A stretch of DNA of 64,000 nt from the NCBI RefSeq assembly GCF_963921235.1, contig NC_086100.1:61504001-61568000 (forward strand), written 5' to 3'. The notes beneath the pieces were generated by a model, which did not search any database, was not told the DNA's origin, and worked only from the letters and a program-made list of their open reading frames with translations. Position 1 is the first letter of the stretch, and every line of letters begins with the position of its first letter. Below, one piece after another: positions 1 to 11,345 of the stretch. A program made the position numbers and the translations under genes. Source of the stretch: Mobula hypostoma (Eukaryota).

Positions 1-394
1 ATTATATGTACTGCAGTAGTAAACTGGAGGAAGAAAAAAACTCCTGATATTGAGTTATTGATTACTGAATTTACCTTCTCAAATCATCAGTGCACCTAGC
101 ATGATGATAAACACAGACAGTACTTTCGTGGATGTTTTACAACCATTTTCAATGTCTTTGCTTGGTAGTGCTTTATGTGAGTTGACAAAGTGATGAGATT
201 AATATTGCACATCTTTTGCCCTCTCTTTGTGTATATAATGAATTTGAATGGAGCTGGTTATCTTTAATTTCATATCCTCAAAAGGTGGGATGAAATTTCA
301 AAGCATAGTATTTAGCAAAGACTTACTGACACATAGCCTCTCTTACTCAGCACCACATTTTTTTATCTGATGCATCTCTCCTCATATGGCAAAT

Positions 395-2375
395 CCTCCT
401 TCCCAGGAATTAATCTAATGAATCTTCACTACACTTTCTCAATAGCAAATATATCGTTACAGTAAGGTGTCCAAAACTGTACTCAGAACTCGAGATGAAG
501 TTTCCTCAACGCTGGATATAGTTGCAGTAAGCTGTCTGCACTCGTGCAAATCGCCTTGTAATAAAGGAAACATACTGTATCTTCATGCTGGCTTTCAGTG
601 ACCTATGACCATCAACATTACCCATTCTCTCATTTAAAAAAATACTCACACTCTCTCTATTTTTATCCACCAAAGTGGAAAACTTCACATTTTCCCATTA
701 CAAATCAAATGCCATGTTCTTGCCCACTCACTCAACTTCTCTATATCCCCATAAAGCCTCATTACATCGTCCTCCCTATTCACATCATAAGCAAACTTGG
801 GAATACAGGTTTCCCCCGCCATCTGAAGGTAGAGCGTTCCTATGAAATGCTTCGTAAGCCGAAATGTCATAAAGTGAAGAAGCAATTACCATTTATTTAT
901 ATGGGAAAAATTTGTGAATGTTCGCAGACACAAAAAATAACCTACCAAATCATGCCAAATAACACATAAAACCTAAGATAACAGTAACATAGAGTAAAAG
1001 CAGGAATGATATGATAAATACACAGTCTATATAATGTAGAAGTGCTTTTCTACAATCATTGCCGCACTGTTCTCCATAGCGAAAATCTCACGCAAGCACT
1101 CTCGGCAGAAACACAGAGCAAGCGCTCTCAGCAAAATCACTCTCCAGTAACCTTTAAGCTATGAAGCTGCCAAATCGTACCAAATAACGCATAAAAATAC
1201 ACAGCCTATATAAAGTAGAAATAGTGTATGTACAGTGTAGTATCACTTATCGAAATTGGGAAGACAGCGCCAAGCACACTGATGATGGTGTGTTAGGCTG
1301 AGTCGTCGGAGGTTGGGGTGGTGCAGTGGCTCCCAGCCTCTAGGCAGCGAACTGATACCGATCCGTGGAGAAGGCAGGGGTACAGCAGTAGCTGGGATGC
1401 ACCCAGCACATCTTTAAGAAGAAAGCCAAAATAAACAAGCTAATTAATTAGGTGCCGCCCAGCACGTAGTTGTCGGCCCAGATCAGAGGCGATTGCTGAT
1501 TGTTTCGCCTGTGATCTGGGCACCTAATTAATTAACTTGTTTATTTCAGCTTTTTTCTTAAAGATGTGTTGGGTGTGTCCTGGCTACCCCTGCATTCTCC
1601 GCGACAATGTATCGGTCCGCGGCCCGGGGGTTGGGGTGGTGGGACACTGGGGTGACATCTCATCATCATCTGTTTCCATCAGGGCAGGCAGGTCATCTTT
1701 TTCTACATCTGCCTGCCTCGATGTCGAAGGTCGAGGTTCGTCGTCTGCTGTGGTTGATGTGGAAGGCTTGAAAAATGACAGTATGCTTGACTGCTGACCC
1801 TCGCACATTTTTCTGTCATACAGTTCTTTGTAAGCACTCAAACCATCCTGCAAATATGTCCTAAAGCTACATACCCTTTCAAAATTAAAGTCGTACTTTT
1901 CTGCAATGATTATTGTCAATTGCAGCGAAAATCTCACGCAGTTGCTTCACATTCAGTTCATTCACTTTCGATCTGTTTGCTACTGCATTCGGTTTCGATT
2001 GTTATCCTTTTCTCTTCCAGTTGCATCAGCTAAGTTTTACGTCTAGTTTTACGCTAAGTGTAACACCCTTACGAGCTCTTCTAGGCGTTGCCGATACCTT
2101 AGAACTCACCTTGCTAAAGGATGCTCACAGGCATGTGTTTAAGCAATGCCGGCTAGAATGCAGTTCTGGGGGAGGAGCTTGGCTGCTCGGGGCACGCGCT
2201 GCCTTTTCTTGTAACAGTGAAAACACCTTCTGTTAGCGAAAACAGGTAACTAATGTAGGTCGTTCGTAACAGCGAGGTTTTGTAAAGCGAAAGTTCAAAA
2301 AGTGGGGGGCACCTGTACGACATTTGGTTCCCTCGTCAAGGTCATTTGTATTGTCTGTGAGTAGCCAGAGCGCGA
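395..2375 (-). mobile_element. Degraded CR1-type LINE RT fragment, split by a Tigger insertion
   Basis: Joining 2318-2375 to 395-805 on the - strand gives ..NDLDEGTKCR|IPKFAYD..DIEKLSEWARTW.., the CR1 INDLDEG..KFADD region. Confidence 0.7.
806..2315 (-). mobile_element. Internally deleted Tigger/pogo-like (Tc1-mariner) DNA transposon
   Basis: Imperfect TIRs CAGGTTTCCCCCGC / rc CAGGTGCCCCCCAC flanked by TA (804-805, 2316-2317). The - strand carries remnants of the N-terminal CENP-B-like RRARKGVTLSVKLD and the C-terminal YKELYDRK..QQSSILSFFKP. The DDD core is missing. Confidence 0.8.
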
Positions 2376-2686
2376 GAGACAATACCTGTAATACTGAGAA
2401 AAATCCCTTTTTTCCCAATCCATGTGTCTATATCAGTATGTAAAACATCTTAGCATATTGTGCAGCATTTAATAACAGTAGTCCAATGCGATTACATGTT
2501 TGTTAGTTTCTCCACTGTATGGCCATGAATAAAAATCTAATCTACACTAATCCTAAAGTGAAAGGCCAACAGTAAGGCCCCCAGTTACATGATGTGTGAT
2601 TATGATGAAACTCGTGTTTATTAAAGTTTTGCAAACAACTTGCTCATTGCCATTTCATTTCTATCTGCCTTTTTTTTTAATAGCAG

Positions 2687-2968
2687 ATGGACTAACCTGC
2701 AAAAAGAATAACAACATGACGGATAAGCAGTTAATGCAGTTGGCTGAAAAACTGGGGAGTAACTGGCAAGTTATTGCCATAAGATATCTTGATCTGGAAT
2801 ACCAGGATATTTCAAAAATTAGAGAAGAACATGAAAACCCTACAATGCAGAAATTTAGCATGTTGCAAATATGGAAGAATAAAGAACTGAACAATGCAAC
2901 TCCATCCAATCTCCATAATAAACTCTTCGATGCTGATATTTCATATGAAGCCCGGAATGTTCTGGAAG
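2687..2968 (+). CDS. Exon encoding a complete death domain (host gene unidentified; upstream exons lie outside the window)
   Basis: Poly-T tract plus TAGCAG (NAGNAG) acceptor at 2681-2686 and AG|GTACGT donor at 2968/2969. The exon is phase 1-1 and 282 nt. Peptide MTDKQLMQLAEKLGSNWQVIAIRYLDLEYQDISKIREEHENPTMQKFSMLQIWKNKELNNATPSNLHNKLFDA fits the death-fold pattern (LG..W..LA...L.L....I..I, ML..W). Confidence 0.8.
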
Positions 2969-3467
2969 GTACGTGTGAATGTGTACTTTTGTGAATTCCT
3001 TGAAATATAATATAATGTTATTATATAAGAGGAATTATTCTGACTGTCAATTAGTGATCTTAAGAAATGACAGCAAGGAAAATTGGAGTTTTTCTTCCCC
3101 TTTTTTAAAATTTCCTATGTTTCAACACAAAAGCAATGCATTTAGGGATCATAGAATAGATTTTTATTTATAATCTTATTAAGTACACAGATGGTATCCC
3201 TCTTTTAATTGGAATAGTTAACTCCACTGAGCAGGTATCAGTGTGAAGGGCCAAATCAAAGGGTCATACACCCTGAAAAAGGGCGTTTCAACCCACCAAG
3301 TGCATGCTGACTGTCAAACACCGCTTTACACTATTAATTGCACTATTCTGAGTTTATTATCCCCACCTTTGCATCAATTCTCAAAAACTCAAGGGGGGCA
3401 ATTTACAGTGGCCAGTTAACCTACTACAAAACCTTCGGGTGTGGGAGGAAAGTGAAACACTCTGTAG

Positions 3468-3624
3468 AAACCAAGAGTAGCAGGAAAAGATGCATCCTCT
3501 GTACAGACGGTGTCAGAGGTCAGGATTAAACGAGAGTAGCAAGAAAAGATGCATCCTCCGTACAGACGGTGTCAGAGGTCAGGATTAAACGAGAGTAGCA
3601 GGAAAAGATGCATCCTCCATACAG
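3468..3624. repeat. 59-bp minisatellite, left part (~2.6 units)
   Basis: CAGGAAAAGATGCATCCTC recurs at 3481, 3540 (variant CAAG) and 3599. Confidence 0.9.
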
Positions 3625-3656
3625 CAGGCCAGGCAGCATCTATAAGAAGAGGTACA

Positions 3657-3690
3657 GTCGACGTTTCGGGCCGAGACTCTTCATCAGGAC
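3657..3690 (-). ncRNA. Minimal type I hammerhead ribozyme motif in the inverted pLTR
   Basis: rc reads GTC-CTGATGA-AGAGTCTCGGCCC-GAAA-CG-TC-GAC: CUGANGA and GAAA cores, GTC/GAC stem I, palindromic ACGT in place of stem III. Confidence 0.7.
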
Positions 3691-6404
3691 TAACTGAAAG
3701 AAGAGATTCCAGCCTTGAACTCCAGGCCGGGTCTTCTCATGCTGCTATTGTGACTCCAGTCTCCCCTTCCCCCACCACCACTCTGCAACCCCATCTCCCT
3801 GACGTTCCATCATCTACTCCTGGGCTCTCAGAGGCTCCTTCTTCTTCTCACCCCAACCCTCCCCCCTCCACTGACACCACCAGCCTCCCTCCCCCTCCGA
3901 TGCCAGCTCTCATAGTTCTCATCCGTGCCGGATCTTTACCATCCCCTCCGACCATCCACTCTCTGAGGCAGAGCGCTCTGTCCTCAGTAAGGGCCTCATC
4001 TTTGTCCCCCTTCGCCAACACCTCAAGGAGTTCTGAGTTCGCCGTGACGCTGAACTCTTCTTCCGCCGGCTCCGTCTTCAAACCTACTTCTTTGGCAAGG
4101 ACACTCCCACCGATGACCCCTTCTCCTGTCTTCAACCTTCCTCCTCTTCATGGACACCCCGCTCTGGTCTTCTGCCTGCTCTGGATCTCTTTATTGCTAA
4201 CTGCCGATGGGACATCAACCGTCTCGACTTCACCGCACCTTGTTCCCATTCCAACCTCACTACTTCCGAACGCTCTGCTCTCCACTCCCTCTGCAATAAT
4301 CCTAACCTTACTTTTAAAACCCGCCGATAAGGGGGGTGCTGTTGTAGTCTGGCGTACTGACCTCTACCATGCCGAGGCACAGCGACAACTCGCGGATACC
4401 TCGTCTTATTTACCCCTCGATCATGACCCCACTAAGGAGCACCAGGCCATTGTCTCCCACACCATCACCAATTTCATGCACTCAGGGGATCTCCCATCCA
4501 CTGCTACCAACCTTATAGTTCCCACACCTCGCACTTCCCATTTCTACCTCCTACCCAAGATCCACAAACCTGCCTGTCCAGGTAGACACATTGACTCAAC
4601 TTGCTCCTGCCACCAAACTCATTTCTGCATACCTCGACACAACTTTATCCCCCCTTGTTCAATCCCTTCCTACCTATGTTCGTGACACTTCTCACGCTCT
4701 GAATTTTTTCGATGATTTTAAGTTCCCTGGCCCCCACTGCTTTATTTTCACCATGGATGTCCAGTCCCTATATACTTCCATCCCCCAACAGGAAGGTCTC
4801 AAAGCTCTCTGCTTCTTTTTGGATTCCAGACCTAATCAGTTCCCCTCTACCACCACTCTGCTCCGTCTAGCGGAATTAGTCCTTACTCTCAATAATTTCC
4901 CCTTTGGCTCCTCCCACTTCCTCCAAACTAAAGGTGTAGCCGTGGGCACCCGTATGGGTCCCAGCTATGCCTGCCTTCTTGTTGGCTTTGTGGAACAATC
5001 TATGTTCCGAACCTATTCTGGTATCTGTCCCCCACTTTTCCTTCGCTACATCGACGACTGCATTGGCGCTGCTTCCTGCACGCATACTGAGCTCGTTGCC
5101 TTCATTAACTTTGCCTCCAAATTTCACCCTGCCTTCAAGTTTACCTGGTCCATTTCTGACACCTCCCTCCCCCTTCTTGATCTTTCTGTCTGTATCTCTG
5201 GAGACAGCTTATCTACTGATGTCTACTATAAGCCTACTGACTCTCACAGCTATCTGGACTATTCCTGTTCTCACCCTGTCTCTTGCAAAAATGCCATCCC
5301 CTTCTCGCAATTCCTACGTCTCCGCCGCATATGCTCTCAGGATGAGGCTTTTCATTCCAGGATGAAAGAGATGTCTTCCTTTTTTAAAGAAAGGGGCTAC
5401 CCTTCTTCCACCATCAACTCTGCTCTCAAACGCATCTCCCCCATTTCACGCACATCTGCTCTCACCCCATCCACCCGCCACCCACTAGGAATAGGGTTCC
5501 CCTGGTCCTCACCTACCACTCCACCAGCCTCCAGGTCCAACATATAATTCTCCGTAACTTCTGCCACTTCCAATGGGACCCCACCACTAAGCACATCTTT
5601 CCCTCTCCCCCCCCCCGCTTTACGCAGGGGTCTCTCCCTACGCGACTCCCTTGTCCATTCGTCCCCCCCATCCCTTCCCATCGATCTCCCTCCCGGCACT
5701 TATCCTTGTAAGCGGAACAAGTGCTACACATGCCCTTACACTTCCTCCCTTACCACCATTCAGGGCCCCAGACAGTCCTTCCAGGTGAGGCGACACTTCA
5801 CCTGTGAGTCGGTTGGGGTGATATACTGTGTCCGGTGCTCCCGATGTGGCCTTCTGTATATTGGCGAGACCCAACGCAGGCTGGGAGACTGTTTCGCTGA
5901 ACACCTACACTCTGTCCGCCAGAGAAAGCAGGATCTCCCAGTGGCCGTACATTTTAATTCCACGTCCCATTCCCATTCTGATATGTCTATCCACGGCCTC
6001 CTCTACTGTAAAGATGAAGCCACACTCAGGTTGGAGGAACAACACCTTATATTCCGTCTGGGTAGCCTCCAACCTGATGGCATGAACATTGACTTCTCAA
6101 ACTTCCGCTAATACCCCACCTCCCCCTCGTACCCTATCCGTTATTTACTTATTTATTTTTTTCTCTCTCTCTCCTTTTTCTCCCTCTGCCCCTCTCACTA
6201 TACTCCTTGCCCATCCTCTGGGCTCCCCCCCTCACCCTTTTCTTTCTCCCTAGGCCTCCTGTCCCATGATCCACTCATATCTCTTTTGCCAATCACCTGT
6301 CCAGCTCTTGGCTCCATCCCTCCCCCTCCTGTCTTCTCCTATCATTTCAGATCTCCCTCTCCCCCTCCCAATTTCAAATCTCTTGCCATCTCTTCTTTCA
6401 GTTA

Positions 6405-6438
6405 GTCCTGACGAAGGGTCTCGGCCCAAAACGTGGAC
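6405..6438 (+). ncRNA. Hammerhead motif of the 3' pLTR, core-mutated
   Basis: GTC-CTGACGA-AGGGTCTCGGCCC-AAAA-CG-TG-GAC: GAAA is changed to AAAA and the GTC cleavage triplet to GTG. Confidence 0.6.
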
Positions 6439-6547
6439 TGTACCTCTTCCTATAGATGTTGCCTGGCTTGCTGCGTTCACCAGCAATTTTTATGTGTGTT
6501 GCTTGAAATTCCAGCACCTGCAGATTTCCTCGTGTTTGCGTTTTTCA

Positions 6548-7590
6548 ATCCTCCATACAGACGGTGTAAGAGGTCAGGATGAAACAAGAGTAGCAGGAAA
6601 GGATGCATCCTCCATAGAGACAGTGTTAGATATCAGGATCAAACAGGAGGAGCAGGAAAAGATGCATCCTTGATACAGACAGTGTTAGAGATCAGGATTA
6701 AACAAGAGTAGCAGGAAACCATGCATTCTCTATACAGCCGATACTAGAGGTCAGGATGAAACAGGAGTATCAGGAAAAGATGCCTCATCCATACAGACTG
6801 TGTTGAACGTCACGATTAACCAAGAGCCGCAGGAAAAGAAGCATTGTCCATACAGACGGTCTTAGAGGTCAGGAAAAAACAAGAGTAGCAGGAAAAGATG
6901 CATCCTCCATAGAGAGTGTTACAGGTCATGATGAAGCAAGAGCTGCTGTAAAAGATGCATCTTCCATACAGATGGTGTCAGGGGTCAGGATGTAACAAGA
7001 GTAGCAGGAAAAGATGCATGCTGCATACAGACGGTATTAGACGTCAGGATGTAACAAGAATAGCAGGGAAATACGCATCCTGCAGTCAGAAGGTATTACA
7101 CGTCAGGATGAAACAAGCACAGCAGGAAAAGTTGCATCATGCATACGGACGGTGTTATGGGTCAGGATGAAACAGGAGAAGCAGGAAATGATGCATCCTC
7201 TATCCAGACGGTGTTAGAGGTCATGATGAAACAAGAGTAACAGAAAAAGATGCATCCTGCGTACAGATGGTGTTCAGGGTCAGGATGAAAGAAGAGTAGC
7301 AGCGAAAGATGCATCCTCCATACAGACGGTGTCAGAGGTGAGGATGAAACAGGAGTAACAGGACAAAAAGCATCCTCCATACAGACCGTGTTGGAGGTCA
7401 GGATGAAACAAGAGTCGCAGGAAAAGATGCATGCTGCATACAGACGGTATTAGACGTCAGGATGAAACAAGTGTAGCAGGAAAACTTCCATTCTCCACAC
7501 AGACAGTGTTAGATGTCAGGTTGAAACAGGAGTAGCAGGAAAAGATGCATCTTCCATACAGATGGTGTTAGATGTCAGGATGAAACAAGG
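6548..7590. repeat. 59-bp minisatellite, right part (~17-18 diverged units)
   Basis: Consensus about GATGCATCCTCCATACAGACGGTGTTAGAGGTCAGGATGAAACAAGAGTAGCAGGAAAA, head-to-tail with no spacers. Confidence 0.93.
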
Positions 7591-8229
7591 ACACTGAATC
7601 TGTGAAGCAGCCCTTTTTTGTATTAGATTTATTCCTTTTCCTGAGCCAGGTAAGAATATCTAATCACTTTGGCCCTCCTTACTCTTAGATCATCATTGAA
7701 AGGTGAATTTTTTGATCATTTTCAAGACCATGAACATATGTTAATTAATTTAAAACCAAAATCGTAAAATTAAATTTTTTAAATCTAAGGGATTTTTTTT
7801 ATCTACTCTTTTGCCTCCTAATCCACAGGCATAGATACCCTATTCTTTTGAGACAGAGATTGCACTGTTGAAAAATGATGGAGCAGCCCCCTAGTATAAG
7901 ATGAATTCATTACCTCAGAATCTCCCTTTTTGACCTTTGACCTTATTGTCTGCCTGCACAGCACTTTCTCTGTAACTGTGAAACCTTATTGTGAATGTCT
8001 TCCTTGTTTTCCCTTGTATTTGTGATCTGTATGGATGGCATGCAAGAACAATAGGTTGTCACTGGAACTTGGTACAGGTGACAGTAATCAACCAATTTAC
8101 AATTTAAATTATCCTGACAAAGGAGATGGAGGAGATTCCCTACCATATTGTTGAGAACACCCAGCAGAAGTGAGCTCTGTCTTTGGGCTCTATATATATA
8201 TTGATTGGAATATAGTGACAAATTCATCT

Positions 8230-8456
8230 CCACCCAGTAATAGTAATAGACTAAGACAAATGCACTGCTCCAAAGAGCGCTATATGAGGTCATTCTTCCC
8301 CTCGGCCATTAGGCTCTATAATGAGTCAACCTTCAGCCGAGGAAGTGATGACCCCACTCCTGTTAGACTGTTTGAGGTAACTTATTTTTTATTCTTTCTT
8401 ACTACTCTTCTAAAATTTGTATATCTCTGCACTTGTCATGCTGCTCTGACACTGTA
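8230..8456 (+). mobile_element. Rex1/Babar-like LINE 3' end; its tail resumes at about 11005-11033 after a CR1 insertion
   Basis: Peptide RLRQMHCSKERYMRSFFPSAIRLYN. The tail GGATCAATAAAGTATATATCTATC lies beyond the CR1. Confidence 0.65.
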
Positions 8457-11004
8457 ATAGAAACATAGAAACATAGAAAATAGGTGCAGGAGTAGGCCAT
8501 TCGGCCCTTCGAGCCTGCACCGCCATTTATTATGATCATGGCTGATCCTCCAACTCAGAACCCCACCCCAGCCTTCCCTCCATACCCCCTGACCCCTGTA
8601 GCCACAAGGGCCATATCTAACTCCCTCTTAAATATAGCCAATGAACTGGCCTCAACTGTTTCCTGTGGCAGAGAATTCCACAGATTCACCACTCTCTGTG
8701 TGAAGAAGTTCTTCCTAATCTCGGTCCTAAAAAGCTTCCCCTCTATCCTCAAACTGTGGCCCCTCGTTCTGGACTTCCCCAACATCGGCAACAATCTTCC
8801 TGCATCTAGCCTGTCCAATCCCTTTAGGATCTTATACGTTTCAATCAGATCCCCCCTCAATCTTCTAAATTCCAACGAGTACAAGCCCAGTTCATCCAGT
8901 CTTTCTTCATATGAAAGTCCTGCCATCCCAGGAATCAATCTGGTGAACCTTCTTTGTACTCCCTCTATGGCAAGGATGTCTTTCCTCAGATTGGGGGACC
9001 AAAACTGCACACAATACTCCAGGTGTGGTCTCACCAAGGCCTTGTACAACTGCAGTAGTACCTCCCTGCTCCTGTACTCGAATCCTCTCGCTATAAATGC
9101 CAGCATACCATTCGCCTTTTTCACCGCCTGCTGTACCTGCATGCCCACTTTCAATGACTGGTGTATAATGACACCCAGGTCTCGTTGCACCTCCCCTTTT
9201 CCTAATCGGCCACCATTCAGATAATAATCTGTTTTCCTATTTTTGCCACCAAAGTGGATAACTTCACATTTATCCACATTAAATTGCATCTGCCATGAAT
9301 TTGCCCACTCACCCACCCTATCCAAGTCACCCTGCATCCTCTTAGCATCCTCCTCACAGCTAACACTGCCACCCAGCTTCATGTCATCCGCAAACTTGGA
9401 GATGCTGCATTTAATTCCCTCATCCAAGTCATTAATATATATTGTAAACAACTGGGGTCCCACTAGTCACGCCTGCCATTCTGAAAAGGTCCCGTTTCTT
9501 CCCACTCTTTGCTTCCTGTCTGCTAACCAATTCTCCACCCACACCAATACCTTACCCCCAATACCGTGTGCTTTAAGTTTGCACACTAATCTCCTGTGTG
9601 GGACCTTGTCAAAAGCCTTTTGAAAATCCAAATATGCCACATCCACTGGTTCTCCCCTATCCACTCTACTAGTTACATCCTCAAAAAATTCTGAGATTCG
9701 TCAGACATGATTTTCCTTTCACAAATCCATGCTGACTTTGTCCGATCATTTCACCGCTTTCCAAATGTGCTGTTCTCACATACTTGATAACTGACTCCAG
9801 CAGTTTCCCCACCACCGACGTTAGGCTAACCGGTCTATAATTCCCCGGTTTCTCTCTCCCTCCTTTTTTAAAAAGTGGAACCACCCTCCAATCCTCAGGA
9901 ACTAGTCCAGAATCTAATGAGTTTTGAAAAATTATCACTAATGCATCCACTATTTCTTGGGCTACTTCCTTAAGCACTCTAGGATGCAGACCATCTGGCC
10001 CTGGGGATTTATCTGCCTTCAATCCCTTCAATTTACCTAACACCACTTCCCTACTAACATGTATTTCGCTCAGTTCCTCCATCTCACTGGACCCTCTGTC
10101 CCCTACTATTTCTGGAAGATTATTTATGTCCTCCTTATTGAAGACAGAACCAAAGTAATTATTCAATTGGTCTGCCATGTCCTTGCTCCCCATAATCAAT
10201 TCACCTGTTTCTGTCTGCAGGGGACCTACATTTGTCTTTACCAGTCTTTTCCTTTTTACATATCTATAAAAGCTTTTACAGTCCGTTTTTATGTTCCCTG
10301 CCAGTTTTCTCTCATAATCCTTTTTCCCCTTCCTAATTAAGCCCTTTGTCCTCCTCTGCTGAACTCTGAATTTCTCCCAGTCCTCAGGTGAGCCACTTTC
10401 TCTGGCTAATTTGTATGCTTCTTCTTTGGAATTGATACTATCCCTAATTTCTCTTGTTAGCCATGGGTGCACTACCTTCCTTGATTTATTTTTTTGCCAA
10501 ACTGGGATGAACAATTGTTGTAGTTCATCCATGCAACCTTTAAATGCTTGCCATTGCATATCCACCGTCAATCCTTTAAGTGTCATTTGCCAGTCTATCT
10601 TAGCTAATTCACGTCTCATACCTTCAAAGTTACCCCTCTTTAAGTTCAGAACCTTTGTTTCTGAATTAACTATGTCACTCTCCATCTTAATGAAGAATTC
10701 CACCATATTATGGTCACTCTTACCCAAGGAGCCTCTCACGACAAGATCGCTAATTAACCCTTCCTCATTGCTCAATACCCAGTCCAGAATAGCCTGCTCT
10801 CTAGTTGGTTCCTCGACATGTTGGTTCAAAAAACCATCCCGCATTCATTCCAAGAAATCCTCTTCCTCAGCACCTTTACCAATTTGGTTCACCCAATCTA
10901 CATGTAGATTGAAGTCACCCATTATAACTGCTGTTCCTTTATTGCACGCATTTCTAATTTCCTGTTTAGTACCATCTCCGACCTCACTACTACTGTTAGG
11001 TGGC
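8457..11004 (-). mobile_element. 5'-truncated CR1 LINE (ORF2: end of APE endonuclease + RT), disrupted
   Basis: ORFs 10845-11036 (IMGDFN), 9681-10844 ([16 protein letters not shown]), 9467-9664 (DFQKAFD) and 8555-9463 (KFADD). The GVPQGSVL motif is deleted at about 9462. The 3' microsatellite reads (ATAGAAAC)n on the + strand at 8457-8480. Confidence 0.95.
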
Positions 11005-11139
11005 TCTTCAGGATCAATAAAGTATATATCTATCATTCAGTAAGTTCCACGCTCAGTTTGCAGAACAAATCTCTATTGGAACAGCTGATTGCAGGCAGAA
11101 GTGGGGCAAAAAACTCTTTATCGATCTGCAGAAAAAGAA

Positions 11140-11345
11140 ACTATTCAGCCCATCGTGTCTCAGTCCACTTACCAGCACATCTTTGGTATGACAAGGGAAA
11201 CCGAAGCACCCAGACGAAACCCACACAATAACAAAGTAAACATACAAATTTCATAGAGACAGTACTTATGATCGGGATTGAGCTCAAGAGCATTGAAGTT
11301 TGTGGCAGCAGCTGTAACAATTGCATCATAGAGCCACCAATCAAT
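11140..11345 (-). mobile_element. Degraded tRNA-derived SINE
   Basis: GGAAACCGAAGCACCCAGACGAAACCCAC core and a B-box-like rc of GGGATTGAGC. Confidence 0.55.

Larger units (their letters stand above)
3622..6547 (+). mobile_element. Penelope-like retroelement (Neptune-type): RT + GIY-YIG endonuclease, frameshifted, 5' truncated with an inverted partial pLTR
   Basis: Motifs KPADKGGAVVVW, FYLLPKIHK, TMDVQSLYTSIP, QTKGVAVGT, RYIDD, VYYKPTDSHSYLDY. Cys linker CKRNKCYTC. GIY-YIG VIYCVRCSRCGLLYIGET (5785-6111). 3622-3706 is the reverse complement of about 6389-6474. Confidence 0.93.
3395..7610 (-). mobile_element. tRNA-derived SINE whose interior has been expanded into a minisatellite and then interrupted by a PLE
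   Basis: 3395-3470 (GGGCAATTTACAGTGGCC..GTGGGAGGAAA..GAAACC) and 7580-7610 (GAAACAAGGACACTGAATCTGTGAAGCAGC) are collinear with the uninterrupted SINE at about 11140-11345. Confidence 0.6.

Noticed and set aside
3549-4685. 378-aa ORF as a host gene
   Set aside because: It is a chance fusion of minisatellite, inverted pLTR and frameshifted PLE sequence.
3468-7590. 59-bp array as a CRISPR array
   Set aside because: Units are head-to-tail with no unique spacers, there are no cas genes, and the context is vertebrate.
8532-11043. + strand ORFs 8532-9224, 9243-9623 and 10411-11043 (and - strand 27234-28079)
   Set aside because: These are antisense shadows of CR1 ORF2.
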